From the IMG/VR virus record IMGVR_UViG_3300005083_000004: 64,000 bases of DNA; one strand, 5' to 3'. The notes under the pieces are model-generated. The model saw only the letters and a program-made list of their open reading frames with translations. It was not told where the DNA came from and searched no databases. Each line of letters opens with the position of its first letter. The first letter of the stretch is position 1. Of the stretch, positions 10,413 through 20,744 are shown piece by piece. The stretch is from an uncultured virus (IMG/VR IMGVR_UViG_3300005083_000004). Taxonomy: Duplodnaviria > Heunggongvirae > Uroviricota > Caudoviricetes. The translations under genes were made by a program, and so were the position numbers.

Positions 10413-11546
10413 ATGGTAGAAAATAAAATAATTACCCAACAAACAGGTGGTAATCCGTATATTGGTGGAGAAAATATAATTGATTACCAGTTGCTTCTTG
10501 GTCTTAATGCTACAAATTCAGCAATAAGAAATATCACTCCACTTATAAGTGGACGATATAGATTATTTTTTGTTAGGCCACCCGCATTTGTTGCAAGGTA
10601 TTTTTCAGTAGATAATAGTGAAAAGAGTAAGAAGTCATTATGGATGCAAGTTAAACATATCATGGAATATTGTTTACTTTCAACAAGTGATATTCTATTC
10701 ACTAATTTATCAACAGATGCAATCCAAGGAGGACCTTCAGGTAGATCTGTAAGAATTGCAACTGCAAATGAAGCTGAACCTACAACAACTTTTCAGATTA
10801 CAGTTCCTGAATTTGCAGGATGTCCTGTACGACAAGTTATTCAGGACTGTTGGAAAAATGGTATTATTGATCCTAATACGGGTATGACACATTATATGGG
10901 ATTAGCTGCAGTAGATCAATGGGGTAATCCTCTTGTTATGAATGGAACTCCAGCAAGTGATACTACAGGTATGTCATCCGAAGGATTTTTCATTAATGAA
11001 GCAAATCATTCGGCTGAAGCAATTTTTATCCAAACGGATAGAACTGGATTGAATGTTGAAAATGCATTTTTCTTGTCTCATATGTATCCAACACAATTCC
11101 AATATTCACAAGCGATTGGGCAAGCAGGTGGAGCAGATGCTAATCCGATGAATGCACAAATCACATTCAATGTTTCTGTATATCAAAGTGTACCAACAAC
11201 TGCATATGCCGATAGATTGTTGAAGAAATTCTATACTGCTTCTAATAGTATCAACCTTAATCCTGAACTTTCACATATCTTCAATGATGAATTTGAAATT
11301 GATACTCTTGGAGTTTTGGGACCGCGTGCAGAAGAAAGGGCTCTTGGTACTAATCTTGGTAACAGACCTGTTTGGGAATATAAGCCTGCTACTCCGAATA
11401 TTCCGTATAATGTATATAATATTGGTGACGGATATCCGAATCGTCAAGCTCAAGCATCTGCAGTATTCCCAAGTGGTTCATCTGCAAGTGTACCAAATAT
11501 CATGTATAAAGAATATGGTACAACATATGAAGAAGCAGTCAAATAG
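10413..11546 (+). CDS. Tail tube protein (probable)
   Basis: Directly follows the sheath with AGGAGG RBS; FQITVPEFAGCPV...WKNGIIDPNTG and MYPTQ motifs typical of myophage tube proteins. Confidence 0.7.
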   Translation: MVENKIITQQTGGNPYIGGENIIDYQLLLGLNATNSAIRNITPLISGRYRLFFVRPPAFVARYFSVDNSEKSKKSLWMQVKHIMEYCLLSTSDILFTNLSTDAIQGGPSGRSVRIATANEAEPTTTFQITVPEFAGCPVRQVIQDCWKNGIIDPNTGMTHYMGLAAVDQWGNPLVMNGTPASDTTGMSSEGFFINEANHSAEAIFIQTDRTGLNVENAFFLSHMYPTQFQYSQAIGQAGGADANPMNAQITFNVSVYQSVPTTAYADRLLKKFYTASNSINLNPELSHIFNDEFEIDTLGVLGPRAEERALGTNLGNRPVWEYKPATPNIPYNVYNIGDGYPNRQAQASAVFPSGSSASVPNIMYKEYGTTYEEAVK

Positions 11547-11697
11547 ACCTGTTTGGATATATAAGCCCACTACACCAAATATACATTATAACGTATATAA
11601 TATTGGAGATGGACATCTAAATAGACAGGTTATGGCATCTGCAGTATTCCCAAGTGGTTCATCTGCAAGTGTACCAAATATCATGTATAAGAAATAT
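11361..11697 (+). repeat. Direct duplication (about 155 bp, offset 181) of the tail-tube 3' end
   Basis: 11361-11516 vs 11542-11697; 11454-11509 identical to 11635-11690 (56 bp); 5' part diverged. Confidence 0.95.
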
Positions 11698-11726
11698 AAT
11701 TGATAATACTATCTGATAGAATCAAA

Positions 11727-11760
11727 AAATAAAAATGGGACAATTGTCCCATTTTTATTT
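11727..11760. terminator. Bidirectional terminator (34-bp perfect palindrome)
   Basis: AAATAAAAATGGGACAATTGTCCCATTTTTATTT between convergent genes. Confidence 0.8.
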
Positions 11761-11996
11761 TATGTTAGTTTTTCAAATAGTTCATCTGGATCAATGAAAA
11801 ATTTATTTGGATTTTTTTTCAATCCATCAATTAAGTTTTGTAATCTTTGAGTATTTTCCAATATTTCATCATCTGTCTGATCAGGTAGATAAATTATCTT
11901 ATGTTGATAAAAGAATTTAAATTTTATAAGACTAAAAATAAAATCTTTTATACATTGATCATATAATTTTTTACGAGATTTAAGATTATTATTCAT
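11760..11996 (-). CDS. Hypothetical protein
   Basis: 78 aa; AAGGA RBS; AATTATATATTAT motif upstream (12039-12051, minus). Confidence 0.6.
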   Translation of the reverse strand: MNNNLKSRKKLYDQCIKDFIFSLIKFKFFYQHKIIYLPDQTDDEILENTQRLQNLIDGLKKNPNKFFIDPDELFEKLT

Positions 11997-12049
11997 ATAT
12001 TATTTATTCCTTTATTTTATTTATGATTTTTCAAATAAATAATATATAA

Positions 12050-12691
12050 TTATCTAGAAATTATATAACCTAATTCAGAACAATTACTCAATACAAATGG
12101 CGAGTAACATAATTTTTCCGGATCTCCAAGTATTTGAGATGATGCAATATAATTTATTATAGTATCATTATTATTTAAACAATCAATCGATTGTTCAGAA
12201 ACAACTTGTTCTAAAGCATCTTGATATGATATATTATACTTTCTTATTTTTAAATCAATTTGATTATAAATATACTGTGTTGGATATGTTATTGAATCGA
12301 TATATGTATTATATAAATATTTTAATACTTCAATATCATCTATCGATTGAGTTTCATTCATATATAAACTGATTCCAAAATATTTAACAAATAATTGATT
12401 AACAAAATTCCAAAATTCATCATATAATAGTCTTAAATTGTAAATATCATCTTCATCGACTAATAATACCATTGAATCAGAATACGTATTTGAAAAGTAA
12501 TTTAAATAATCATTATCTATATCAATAAGATCTTCGTTTATATAATTTGAACATGATTCAAATTGTTCTTGTAATGATGATTTTAATTCATCATACCCAA
12601 TGATACCATTAAAAAGTCGGGATCTGACATTATCAACAGGATCAATTAATCCATTTGATAATTCATCATTATCTAAATTTTCATATTCCAT
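12050..12691 (-). CDS. Hypothetical protein
   Basis: 213 aa acidic ORF; AGGAGG RBS. Confidence 0.7.
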   Translation of the reverse strand: MEYENLDNDELSNGLIDPVDNVRSRLFNGIIGYDELKSSLQEQFESCSNYINEDLIDIDNDYLNYFSNTYSDSMVLLVDEDDIYNLRLLYDEFWNFVNQLFVKYFGISLYMNETQSIDDIEVLKYLYNTYIDSITYPTQYIYNQIDLKIRKYNISYQDALEQVVSEQSIDCLNNNDTIINYIASSQILGDPEKLCYSPFVLSNCSELGYIISR

Positions 12692-12707
12692 TTATAAAAT
12701 ATCCTCC

Positions 12708-13280
12708 TTACTCCCATGATTTTTCTAATGATGTTATGACCTGTTTAGCTTTATCGAATGTAATACCAATATTAATATAATCAATCAATGATCCATCATT
12801 ATTATTTTCATTACGTTTTGATGATTGAAATCTTAATATAATGACAGGTTCATTGTTAAATAATGTCTTCTCTATTTTGAAAAATGATTCATCATTAACA
12901 TAAATTGCTAATTTAGAACATTGAGTTACGATATCATTTAATAAGTCATCTTCCGTAAATTCATCATAGAAACCTAATAGATATTTCTTTATATTAATTC
13001 CGAGATTTGGTATAGATGGATATTGTCCGGGAATCATATTTAATAATCTTAACACTGTATTTGCTACAGTTTCTAATCCTGCTAATAGTGTTCCTTCGCC
13101 ATATTTATTAGGAGGAATTTGTGTATCAAATCCAATTGTTGGTATTGTGCTATCTCCTAGTGTTGGTAAATATTTTGGGTCTATTTCATTATTATCACGA
13201 TCATATATACGTTTGATATTTGTATCAAACATTTCACGAACATATACGCTAAGTATTGCCATATTATTTTGACCATCCAT
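12708..13280 (-). CDS. Baseplate gp25-like (sheath initiator) protein
   Basis: LRLLNMIPGQYPSIPNLGINIKKYL matches the gp25/GPW 'PGERPxxPxFG' pattern. Confidence 0.6.
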   Translation of the reverse strand: MDGQNNMAILSVYVREMFDTNIKRIYDRDNNEIDPKYLPTLGDSTIPTIGFDTQIPPNKYGEGTLLAGLETVANTVLRLLNMIPGQYPSIPNLGINIKKYLLGFYDEFTEDDLLNDIVTQCSKLAIYVNDESFFKIEKTLFNNEPVIILRFQSSKRNENNNDGSLIDYINIGITFDKAKQVITSLEKSWE

Positions 13281-13328
13281 GAATTAATAATAACATTATG
13301 GAAAGGTTGAAAATTAAAGTAAATAAAA

Positions 13329-13359
13329 AAAGAGAAAGAGTTTTAAACTCTTTCTCTTT
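13329..13359. terminator. Terminator hairpin
   Basis: AAAGAGAAAGAGTTT-T-AAACTCTTTCTCTTT. Confidence 0.7.
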
Positions 13360-13616
13360 ATATGATTATAAATTTTTCAACAAAATATAATTAATTAATT
13401 CATGTAATACAGAATTTGTATTATATAATATTGAATCATGAGTAGTATATTTATCTGGATATTGGTCTTTATCTTTTTCTAATATATACATATTTTTTGC
13501 TACAATATCCATACATTGAATTAGTTTAAAACTATTTTCATTCATAATATTATTTTTAAACTTATTGAGTATTTAAAAAAGGCAAATTTAAAATTTGCCT
13601 TTTTTAAATATTTTTA

Positions 13617-14270
13617 TTACCACCATTTTCTATGTTTGTTCTTTTTATGTTTTTTAGTTTTGTTCCAAACATAGTTTTTGATATCTTTTTTAACGATATC
13701 ATAGATTGATCTATTTCGTCCATCCTTCAATTCACCAAGAATAATTTTTGATGCAATCTTAATTCCATTATATATATTAACTTTATCAGATTTATATGAA
13801 TAATTTTTTTCAGTTAGTGAATTATTAATTATATCAACTGCTTTTCGAAATGCATCAACGTCATCTAATATATTCATAAGATTATCAATAAAAGATTCAA
13901 ACTCATCAATAGTTGAAAATCCATATAAACCTTTTCCTGAACTAAAAGGTTCTGTTAAATATTCATCTAATAAATCAAATATTTTCTTATTATTTTTACA
14001 TTCATCTATTCCTTTTCGAATCATATCAGTATCTATAACAAGATCGCGATTAAATATATCTATTTCACTATCAATTCTCTCAACCTTATTATCAACATCA
14101 TCAATACTTGTATATCCTATACAATTATAACCGAGATCTTCAATCTTATTACAAAGATTATATATATCACTTGATCTTTTCAAATCATAATCATTCTTTA
14201 CATGATCTAGAGTCAATTTATTGTTCTTAATAGTTGCATTAATGATTTTTTTATTATTTAAAAATAACAT
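13617..14270 (-). CDS. Hypothetical protein
   Basis: 217 aa; translationally coupled; hairpin at 13570-13610 downstream. Confidence 0.65.
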   Translation of the reverse strand: MLFLNNKKIINATIKNNKLTLDHVKNDYDLKRSSDIYNLCNKIEDLGYNCIGYTSIDDVDNKVERIDSEIDIFNRDLVIDTDMIRKGIDECKNNKKIFDLLDEYLTEPFSSGKGLYGFSTIDEFESFIDNLMNILDDVDAFRKAVDIINNSLTEKNYSYKSDKVNIYNGIKIASKIILGELKDGRNRSIYDIVKKDIKNYVWNKTKKHKKNKHRKWW

Positions 14271-14473
14271 TATATATTCCTCCTAGATTTATTTGAACTT
14301 GTATTATTGAAATTTTTCGTTTCTAAGATTTCAATAATATTTAATATTGACAAATTTAAATGCATAATGAATGATTTTATATCATCACGATTTAATGAAT
14401 TTTCATTCACAATTTTCTTTAAATCATTTTCAGCAATATTTTTAATATTATTCAAATTTAAATTCATATTCAT
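14270..14473 (-). CDS. Hypothetical protein
   Basis: 67 aa; overlapping start/stop with both neighbours. Confidence 0.55.
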   Translation of the reverse strand: MNMNLNLNNIKNIAENDLKKIVNENSLNRDDIKSFIMHLNLSILNIIEILETKNFNNTSSNKSRRNI

Positions 14474-15393
14474 ACCTCAGATTTATTTATTTTCTTTTCT
14501 GCTAAAGTTAATGCATTTGAATCATTTTTACATCCTAATTTCATTGAGAACAATGGTTCCATATAAACATATTTATCACGATAATTTGCTATATCAGCAT
14601 CCACCATGTGTATTTGGAAAATTCCAAATACATTTAAACTGACATGTGATTCTGTTGATGATTTGATATGCATGTAATTTAACATTGATTCATAGAATTC
14701 ACCAAATAATGCCCAATATACATTACTTGGTAATTGAAATTTTATATCACCGAGCCAACATTTGATCAATTGATGTATATTAGCCGTTAATACTTGTAAA
14801 TTCTGAAAGTCCATATTAATCCTAATATAATCATTTATTATATTTGATATTATCGTAGATTTTGGAGTTGTTTGAACATCATATGTGAATTTTATCGTTT
14901 CTTCTGGAAATTTATTTTCTCCGAGATGTTCAATAAAAGCTTGAAAATTTCCAATATTTTCATTATCAGCATTTTCATTATTTAAATACCCAATATGGAT
15001 ATTAGACATCAATGCTAATGAATATTCAGAATATTTCTTTTGTTGTGAATATAAATAATCTATTACTGATTCTAATGCGGCTTTAAATACCAATGAAGCC
15101 ATTAAATGAAATTTTAATGGAATATTAATATGAAATTTATTATTAAACATCAACAAAGCTGATTCACCAATATCAGCTAATTCTTTTTTATTCGCTACAA
15201 CTCGAGAATTCCAATAATTATTTAGATTTTTAATTATATTAACTTCTTTAATAGATTCTTTTTCAACTTCATTATTATCTTCTTTTTTATTTTTTATTCT
15301 ATTAGATCTTTTTTTAACAATTCTGATATTTTTATTGGCATCTTCATCAATATCATCATTATTATCATTTTGAATTATATCATTATCTATCAT
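14470..15393 (-). CDS. Hypothetical protein
   Basis: 307 aa; AAGGAGG RBS; coupled to the upstream gene. Confidence 0.7.
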   Translation of the reverse strand: MIDNDIIQNDNNDDIDEDANKNIRIVKKRSNRIKNKKEDNNEVEKESIKEVNIIKNLNNYWNSRVVANKKELADIGESALLMFNNKFHINIPLKFHLMASLVFKAALESVIDYLYSQQKKYSEYSLALMSNIHIGYLNNENADNENIGNFQAFIEHLGENKFPEETIKFTYDVQTTPKSTIISNIINDYIRINMDFQNLQVLTANIHQLIKCWLGDIKFQLPSNVYWALFGEFYESMLNYMHIKSSTESHVSLNVFGIFQIHMVDADIANYRDKYVYMEPLFSMKLGCKNDSNALTLAEKKINKSEV

Positions 15394-15971
15394 TATAGGT
15401 TACCTCCTTTAGTAATAAATCTAGAATAATATTTGTATGACTTGTCGTCTAATGATATATAATATGATATATCACATAATGTCATATCTTCGACACTTGT
15501 AATAAAAATCTTAGCAGTATCAATATTACGCTTAGATAAATACATAAGATCATTTTTCAATTCAAATGAACTAATGTTGATAACATTTTCACCTTTTAAA
15601 AATTTATTAAATTTATTCATGTCATCATCAAAAAGTATTTTCATTAATGGATATTTAATATTATCATTCATTAAAGATAATAATGTCATTTTTTGATTAT
15701 CAGATAAATTATTAAAAACTGTTCGAACACTCAATGGAGCTGAATTATCATCATTGAGTATAATTATATATAAATAATCATCAAATTTATTTTCCTCCCA
15801 TGGAGGATTATCATCAAATTGAATGATTTTGTTTAATGATATATAATCGAATGCTATGTGCATAGAACTATCATATATAATTTTTTTTCCTATATATTTA
15901 TCTAAGAACTTGCACATTTTTTTATCTAATTGAGATGTATCTGTTGTTATGAGATCATGTATTCCTTGCAT
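15393..15971 (-). CDS. Hypothetical protein
   Basis: 192 aa; AAGGAG upstream. Confidence 0.65.
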   Translation of the reverse strand: MQGIHDLITTDTSQLDKKMCKFLDKYIGKKIIYDSSMHIAFDYISLNKIIQFDDNPPWEENKFDDYLYIIILNDDNSAPLSVRTVFNNLSDNQKMTLLSLMNDNIKYPLMKILFDDDMNKFNKFLKGENVINISSFELKNDLMYLSKRNIDTAKIFITSVEDMTLCDISYYISLDDKSYKYYSRFITKGGNL

Positions 15972-16143
15972 CTATTTTTTCATCTCCTTTTGTATCTTTT
16001 TTTCTTTCGTATCTTTTTTCATTCTTTTCTATTGCATTTACCCTATCAATTTCATGAAACTGAATAAAGATAAGATTTTCCATCGAAATAATTCTCGATA
16101 TTTGATCATCGATTTCTTTGGCTGTTCTGATTACGTTTTCCAT
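15955..16143 (-). CDS. Hypothetical protein
   Basis: 62 aa; AGGAG RBS. Confidence 0.55.
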   Translation of the reverse strand: MENVIRTAKEIDDQISRIISMENLIFIQFHEIDRVNAIEKNEKRYERKKDTKGDEKIDARNT

Positions 16144-16198
16144 TTAATATTTTCTCCTAAAATATATTTGAATAACAAATATATCATATATAATTAAA

Positions 16199-17281
16199 TT
16201 ACTTTAACCATGTAAAATGAACATCTTGATTAGAAAAATAATTCGTTAAATTATCGAATTTTGTATGAATCAAACTATCTTTTTTACATAATCTAATTCC
16301 ATGAACATTTCTAATCATATTATAATAATATTCTAAATCTAATGCATTATATGATAATGCAAAATCATTATCATAATTTTGTTTAGTTAATATACGTGGA
16401 ATTATATCTTGATAATAACAATCTAATTCTGAATATTTAGGGATTGTTTCATTCTCAAATATTTCACTTATTCGATCAAAAAATTGTTTATACATTTTAA
16501 TTCCACGAATATTTCGTATTCGTGATCCATGTAATGCAATTAGACATTTTATATTAAAATCAGTGAATCCCTTATTAACCGAATCATATACACCGTTATT
16601 ATACTCTTTTGAAAACAATTGATCATTAAAATTTGGAATAAAGTGTCGTATGACACTTTCTATATCAAACATTTTTTTATCTTTTTTATATTCTCTTTTT
16701 GTATATATTATATTGAATCCATCATATATCGAATATATACAATCAAACATGTCCATGGTACATATAAAATTTTGATAATTTTCTGATGATTCTTTATTTA
16801 TAATATATGGAATTAAAAATGAATCGAATGAACTTGATTCAATTAAATGAACAGTAGAACAATCATTAATTATATTTTTTAATTTTGGAAGAATTTCTTC
16901 TTCAAATAATTTTCCGAATGATGATAATTTTGGATCTTTTAAATATTTATTTTTATAAGATAGCCGATAATTGTTTATTTTATTATTAATTTCACAATGT
17001 AAACTTGTATAATATAATATTATCTCATAATTATCACCCGAATTAAAATGAGAAAAATGTGCGATAATATTTATCGCACATTCTAAACTCATCTTAACAA
17101 TTTTATCTGGTTGATATATTGATTTATATCCAATATCAGGTGATAATGAAATCAAGTTCAATATAGATTCCAAATTAATAAACCATCTAACTTTTTCTTT
17201 TGGATTATATGATTTTGATTTCATCAATGTTGATAAAATATTATATTTTGGACACATTGACGTATATAAGACGTACATCAT
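16199..17281 (-). CDS. Hypothetical protein, possibly a degenerate 5'-3' exonuclease/PIN-like fold
   Basis: N-terminal FINLES strand, FICTMDMFD, and helix-hairpin-like LIALHGSRIRNIRGI; weak resemblance only. Confidence 0.35.
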   Translation of the reverse strand: MMYVLYTSMCPKYNILSTLMKSKSYNPKEKVRWFINLESILNLISLSPDIGYKSIYQPDKIVKMSLECAINIIAHFSHFNSGDNYEIILYYTSLHCEINNKINNYRLSYKNKYLKDPKLSSFGKLFEEEILPKLKNIINDCSTVHLIESSSFDSFLIPYIINKESSENYQNFICTMDMFDCIYSIYDGFNIIYTKREYKKDKKMFDIESVIRHFIPNFNDQLFSKEYNNGVYDSVNKGFTDFNIKCLIALHGSRIRNIRGIKMYKQFFDRISEIFENETIPKYSELDCYYQDIIPRILTKQNYDNDFALSYNALDLEYYYNMIRNVHGIRLCKKDSLIHTKFDNLTNYFSNQDVHFTWLK

Positions 17282-17291
17282 ATTTATCCTC

Positions 17292-18008
17292 TTAGAGATT
17301 TAATATCTTCTTAAAGTCAACATTATCAGGATTGATGGCTATTGCATTATAATCTTTACATACATTCCCTTCATTGTCAAGATGAGCAATTCGAACTAAT
17401 ACAGTATATGAAATAAGATTGTTTTTCTTATCATAGTTAAATGTAATATTTTCAATAAATGATCCATCTTCATTAAGTAATATTCCATCTAAAACTTTAT
17501 CAGGACGCAATGCCATAATAACGAATGTTTCATTCTGTACAGTAATCAATCTTGGTTTAGCATATGATATAATCATATCTAATTGAGTCTTTTTAATATA
17601 TATATCTTTAGGACAATCACGATATTTGATTAATGATGGTATATCATAATTATATTTTGATATAATTTCTCTATATACATTCGGTTTAAATTTTAAATAT
17701 TGACTTATTAGTGAATATTCGATAAATTTATTGATATTTGATACAGGTTTTTTATCACTATCTTCTGCTAATATTGAAGAGTTAAATAAACATATTAATG
17801 TTGATAATTGTTTATTATTAATTTTCTTATCACCTATTCCTATTTGAATTGGAATAGCTTTTACAGAAACCCCAATCTTTTCATTAGTTACATATTCAAA
17901 TTGATCTTTAATAAAATTTGCTATTTCATTAATCGATACTGTATATCTGATAATCATATCTCCTTCAATACAGCCTGGGTTATCATACTTCAAATCGCTT
18001 ATAAACAT
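17292..18008 (-). CDS. Hypothetical protein
   Basis: 238 aa; AGGAG RBS. Confidence 0.7.
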   Translation of the reverse strand: MFISDLKYDNPGCIEGDMIIRYTVSINEIANFIKDQFEYVTNEKIGVSVKAIPIQIGIGDKKINNKQLSTLICLFNSSILAEDSDKKPVSNINKFIEYSLISQYLKFKPNVYREIISKYNYDIPSLIKYRDCPKDIYIKKTQLDMIISYAKPRLITVQNETFVIMALRPDKVLDGILLNEDGSFIENITFNYDKKNNLISYTVLVRIAHLDNEGNVCKDYNAIAINPDNVDFKKILNL

Positions 18009-18057
18009 AATTATTTTCTCCTATTAATGTTATTCTTTTATTTAGAATATATAATTA

Positions 18058-18561
18058 TTATTTTTTCTCTAATATGTCTAATCTATTCTGAATTGATAAT
18101 ATTTCTGCTTGTTGTTTACCTAATAATGCATTTGATTTTTGCATATCATTTATTAAATTATCAAAAGTAGATGATAATAGCAATTCTTGAAGTGTTGATG
18201 CAACACATAATGATATATTCGTTATTTGATCTTCATTAATTTTTAGAACTCTGCAAATATTATTTAATTTATCTTTAGGATAATTAAATTCTTGAGAAAT
18301 TAAAATTAATGGATCTTGTTTTTGATCTTCTCTATTAGCCAATTTTTCATTAATAGTTTCAACTTCAATTTGTTTATCCGTTATAACCTTTAAGATGGAT
18401 ATCAACAATGGTAATCTGATTGGTTCAGCAACCATTTTAACAACTTGCAGTGTCTTATCAATAACTTCACGGGATTTCTTTTCTTGGTCTTCTTGAATTG
18501 ATTCTTCAATTCCTTTATTGATGTTTTGTTCAACTGTGTTATCATTTATTTGGTTTCTCAT
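18058..18561 (-). CDS. Hypothetical coiled-coil protein
   Basis: 167 aa; AAGGAG RBS. Confidence 0.7.
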   Translation of the reverse strand: MRNQINDNTVEQNINKGIEESIQEDQEKKSREVIDKTLQVVKMVAEPIRLPLLISILKVITDKQIEVETINEKLANREDQKQDPLILISQEFNYPKDKLNNICRVLKINEDQITNISLCVASTLQELLLSSTFDNLINDMQKSNALLGKQQAEILSIQNRLDILEKK

Positions 18562-18591
18562 AGTATTTTTTCTCCTTTAAATAATTTTTTA

Positions 18592-20646
18592 CTAAACTTG
18601 GAATAATGGTGTCAGATAAGAATCTTCACTCTTTTCATATGTTTTTGAAGATATTAACTGTCGTTGTAATTGCTCATATGATAATCCCAATAGAACATTA
18701 TTATGATTAATAATAGCTTTTCCTATATCTATTATATTCTCATTTACTACTAATTGTGTATAATTCGGATGATTATTATTTTCATCAATAATCAAACGAT
18801 TTACAATTACTTCAACTTGAGAAAAACATAATCCATCTGAATCCATCTTTGCTAATAACATCTTTTCAATTAAATTTTCAACATATTCATCAACAGATAA
18901 AGTTGATGGAGATTTTAAAATATTTTTAATATCGGTTAATTGTGTTATCACAGATTGATTATACAATTCAAATATAATATTCGATAAATCATTTCCACTG
19001 TTTATTATGTCATCTAAATCAGTATTTGATATTACATAATAATACTTTTTTTTGATTAATCGTCTTGTAAATTTATGAAATAATCTACCTTGAATTGTTA
19101 ATTTTTTAAATTGAACTTCAATTGGAATTAACTCTTTATTTATATAAACATAAAATGTATTGGATGTATAATTAACACCAATAATATTTGATTCCACTTC
19201 AGATTTTAATTGTTCAACAATATAATCTTCATCAAAAGCGATTAAGAAATCTAATTTATTTCTTTTTAATAATATCTGATCATCATTAATAATAAAATAT
19301 TCATTAAATTTATCATTTAATTTAATTTCATCTGAATTAACATTTACCAAATGTTTTACACTTAATATATCTTGTGATAATTTACGTGTTATACTTTGAA
19401 CATTTAGAATACTCATTCCTGGTAAATGTAAAACATCTTTATAGTTTGTACCATAACATTTATGACAACATTCATTAGTTAATCCACATTTAATTATTGA
19501 TCTAATATATATTGTTTTACCAACTAAATGAGTATCTATCTTCGAGTTTACAATTTTAAGATCTGTTATATTTGATGGAGATAACGAGTAATATTTATTA
19601 TGAATCATTTTTAAATATTTTTTATCTTTCACATGAAATTTTAATAGATGTTTAGTTCCACAATCATCAACATATTTTGATAAACTTAATGTTCTCGCTA
19701 ATAACCAAATGTTACGTTGTAAATATCCAGCATCTCCCATATACATTTTATTTATTATATTTGACATTCTTGATGCAGTTGATTGAATATAGAATGATGT
19801 TATATCCTTAATACCTCTTAATCCATTTCCTTCCATGAGATACATAATAATATTGCCATAAACATTTGGTATTTGTCCATATGAAATAAATATTTCTTGT
19901 ATTTGACGTCGTTTAATCTTTATACCAGATTTCATGATATTATATAATGTAGTATTATGTTTTTCAAAAATATCAAATAAATGATCTAATTTAGCATTAA
20001 TTTCATTTGAAATTTCCTTAGGTAATTTATTTCTATCAATTGGTTCATCTAATAATTTTTTAACTTTTGGATCTGATTGATAAATTTTTAAGAAATCATT
20101 TTCTAATGATAATGATATATATTGATTATTTTCAATTTGATATGATATAAATTCTAACATATTTACAATTTTAGAAAGATAATATGATCTAATTTTAAAA
20201 TCAACACCATATTCAGTTATTGTATCATTTAGATTTTGTAAATAATTATTAAATAAATTTCCGTTAAATGTTGCAATTAATTTAAATCCAGTATCACATA
20301 TCATAATTAAATCTTTATCTGTAATTTTATATTCATTATTAATCATTATCAATGGATATAATAATACAACTATAATTATGAACTCTTTGATATTACATTC
20401 ATAAACTTTATAAGGATTCATATCTTTTTTAATCTCGAATTTAATACTAGTTTGCTTTAGATCTATAACATTGAATGAGTTAATAATAATATTCAATAAT
20501 AAATTTACAAATTTAATATATTCACTTTTACTTCTAAATGAATTTAAATAATATTTATTCTCAATATATTTATTTAAATCATCAATTGAATTAATATTAC
20601 TTCCATGAATGTCTTTGAATCGATATATACTTAGATATTCTTCCAT
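18592..20646 (-). CDS. Phage multisubunit RNA polymerase, beta' C-terminal subunit (split RpoC homolog)
   Basis: Bridge helix GDAGYLQRNI...DDCGT, Zn site RSIIKC-x5-CCHKCYG, trigger-loop-like SQDILSVKH, LSYEQ; no NADFDGD, so it is the C-terminal half, as in phiKZ/AR9 split RNAPs. Confidence 0.85.
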   Translation of the reverse strand: MEEYLSIYRFKDIHGSNINSIDDLNKYIENKYYLNSFRSKSEYIKFVNLLLNIIINSFNVIDLKQTSIKFEIKKDMNPYKVYECNIKEFIIIVVLLYPLIMINNEYKITDKDLIMICDTGFKLIATFNGNLFNNYLQNLNDTITEYGVDFKIRSYYLSKIVNMLEFISYQIENNQYISLSLENDFLKIYQSDPKVKKLLDEPIDRNKLPKEISNEINAKLDHLFDIFEKHNTTLYNIMKSGIKIKRRQIQEIFISYGQIPNVYGNIIMYLMEGNGLRGIKDITSFYIQSTASRMSNIINKMYMGDAGYLQRNIWLLARTLSLSKYVDDCGTKHLLKFHVKDKKYLKMIHNKYYSLSPSNITDLKIVNSKIDTHLVGKTIYIRSIIKCGLTNECCHKCYGTNYKDVLHLPGMSILNVQSITRKLSQDILSVKHLVNVNSDEIKLNDKFNEYFIINDDQILLKRNKLDFLIAFDEDYIVEQLKSEVESNIIGVNYTSNTFYVYINKELIPIEVQFKKLTIQGRLFHKFTRRLIKKKYYYVISNTDLDDIINSGNDLSNIIFELYNQSVITQLTDIKNILKSPSTLSVDEYVENLIEKMLLAKMDSDGLCFSQVEVIVNRLIIDENNNHPNYTQLVVNENIIDIGKAIINHNNVLLGLSYEQLQRQLISSKTYEKSEDSYLTPLFQV

Positions 20647-20744
20647 AATAATGTATTAATCTCCTATATTTAATTAATTATTTAAGTTATAATCGAATAA
20701 AATAAATAAATATATGAGGATAAAAATATCCTCATATATTTATT

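Noticed and set aside
11361..11697. Diversity-generating retroelement VR/TR pair
   Set aside because: Mismatches are not restricted to adenines of either copy (many C/T differences), many are synonymous, and there is no reverse transcriptase in the window
11284..11703. 139-aa ORF as an independent gene
   Set aside because: Its first ~86 codons overlap the tube gene out of frame with no RBS; only the last ~53 codons (the duplicate) look protein-like
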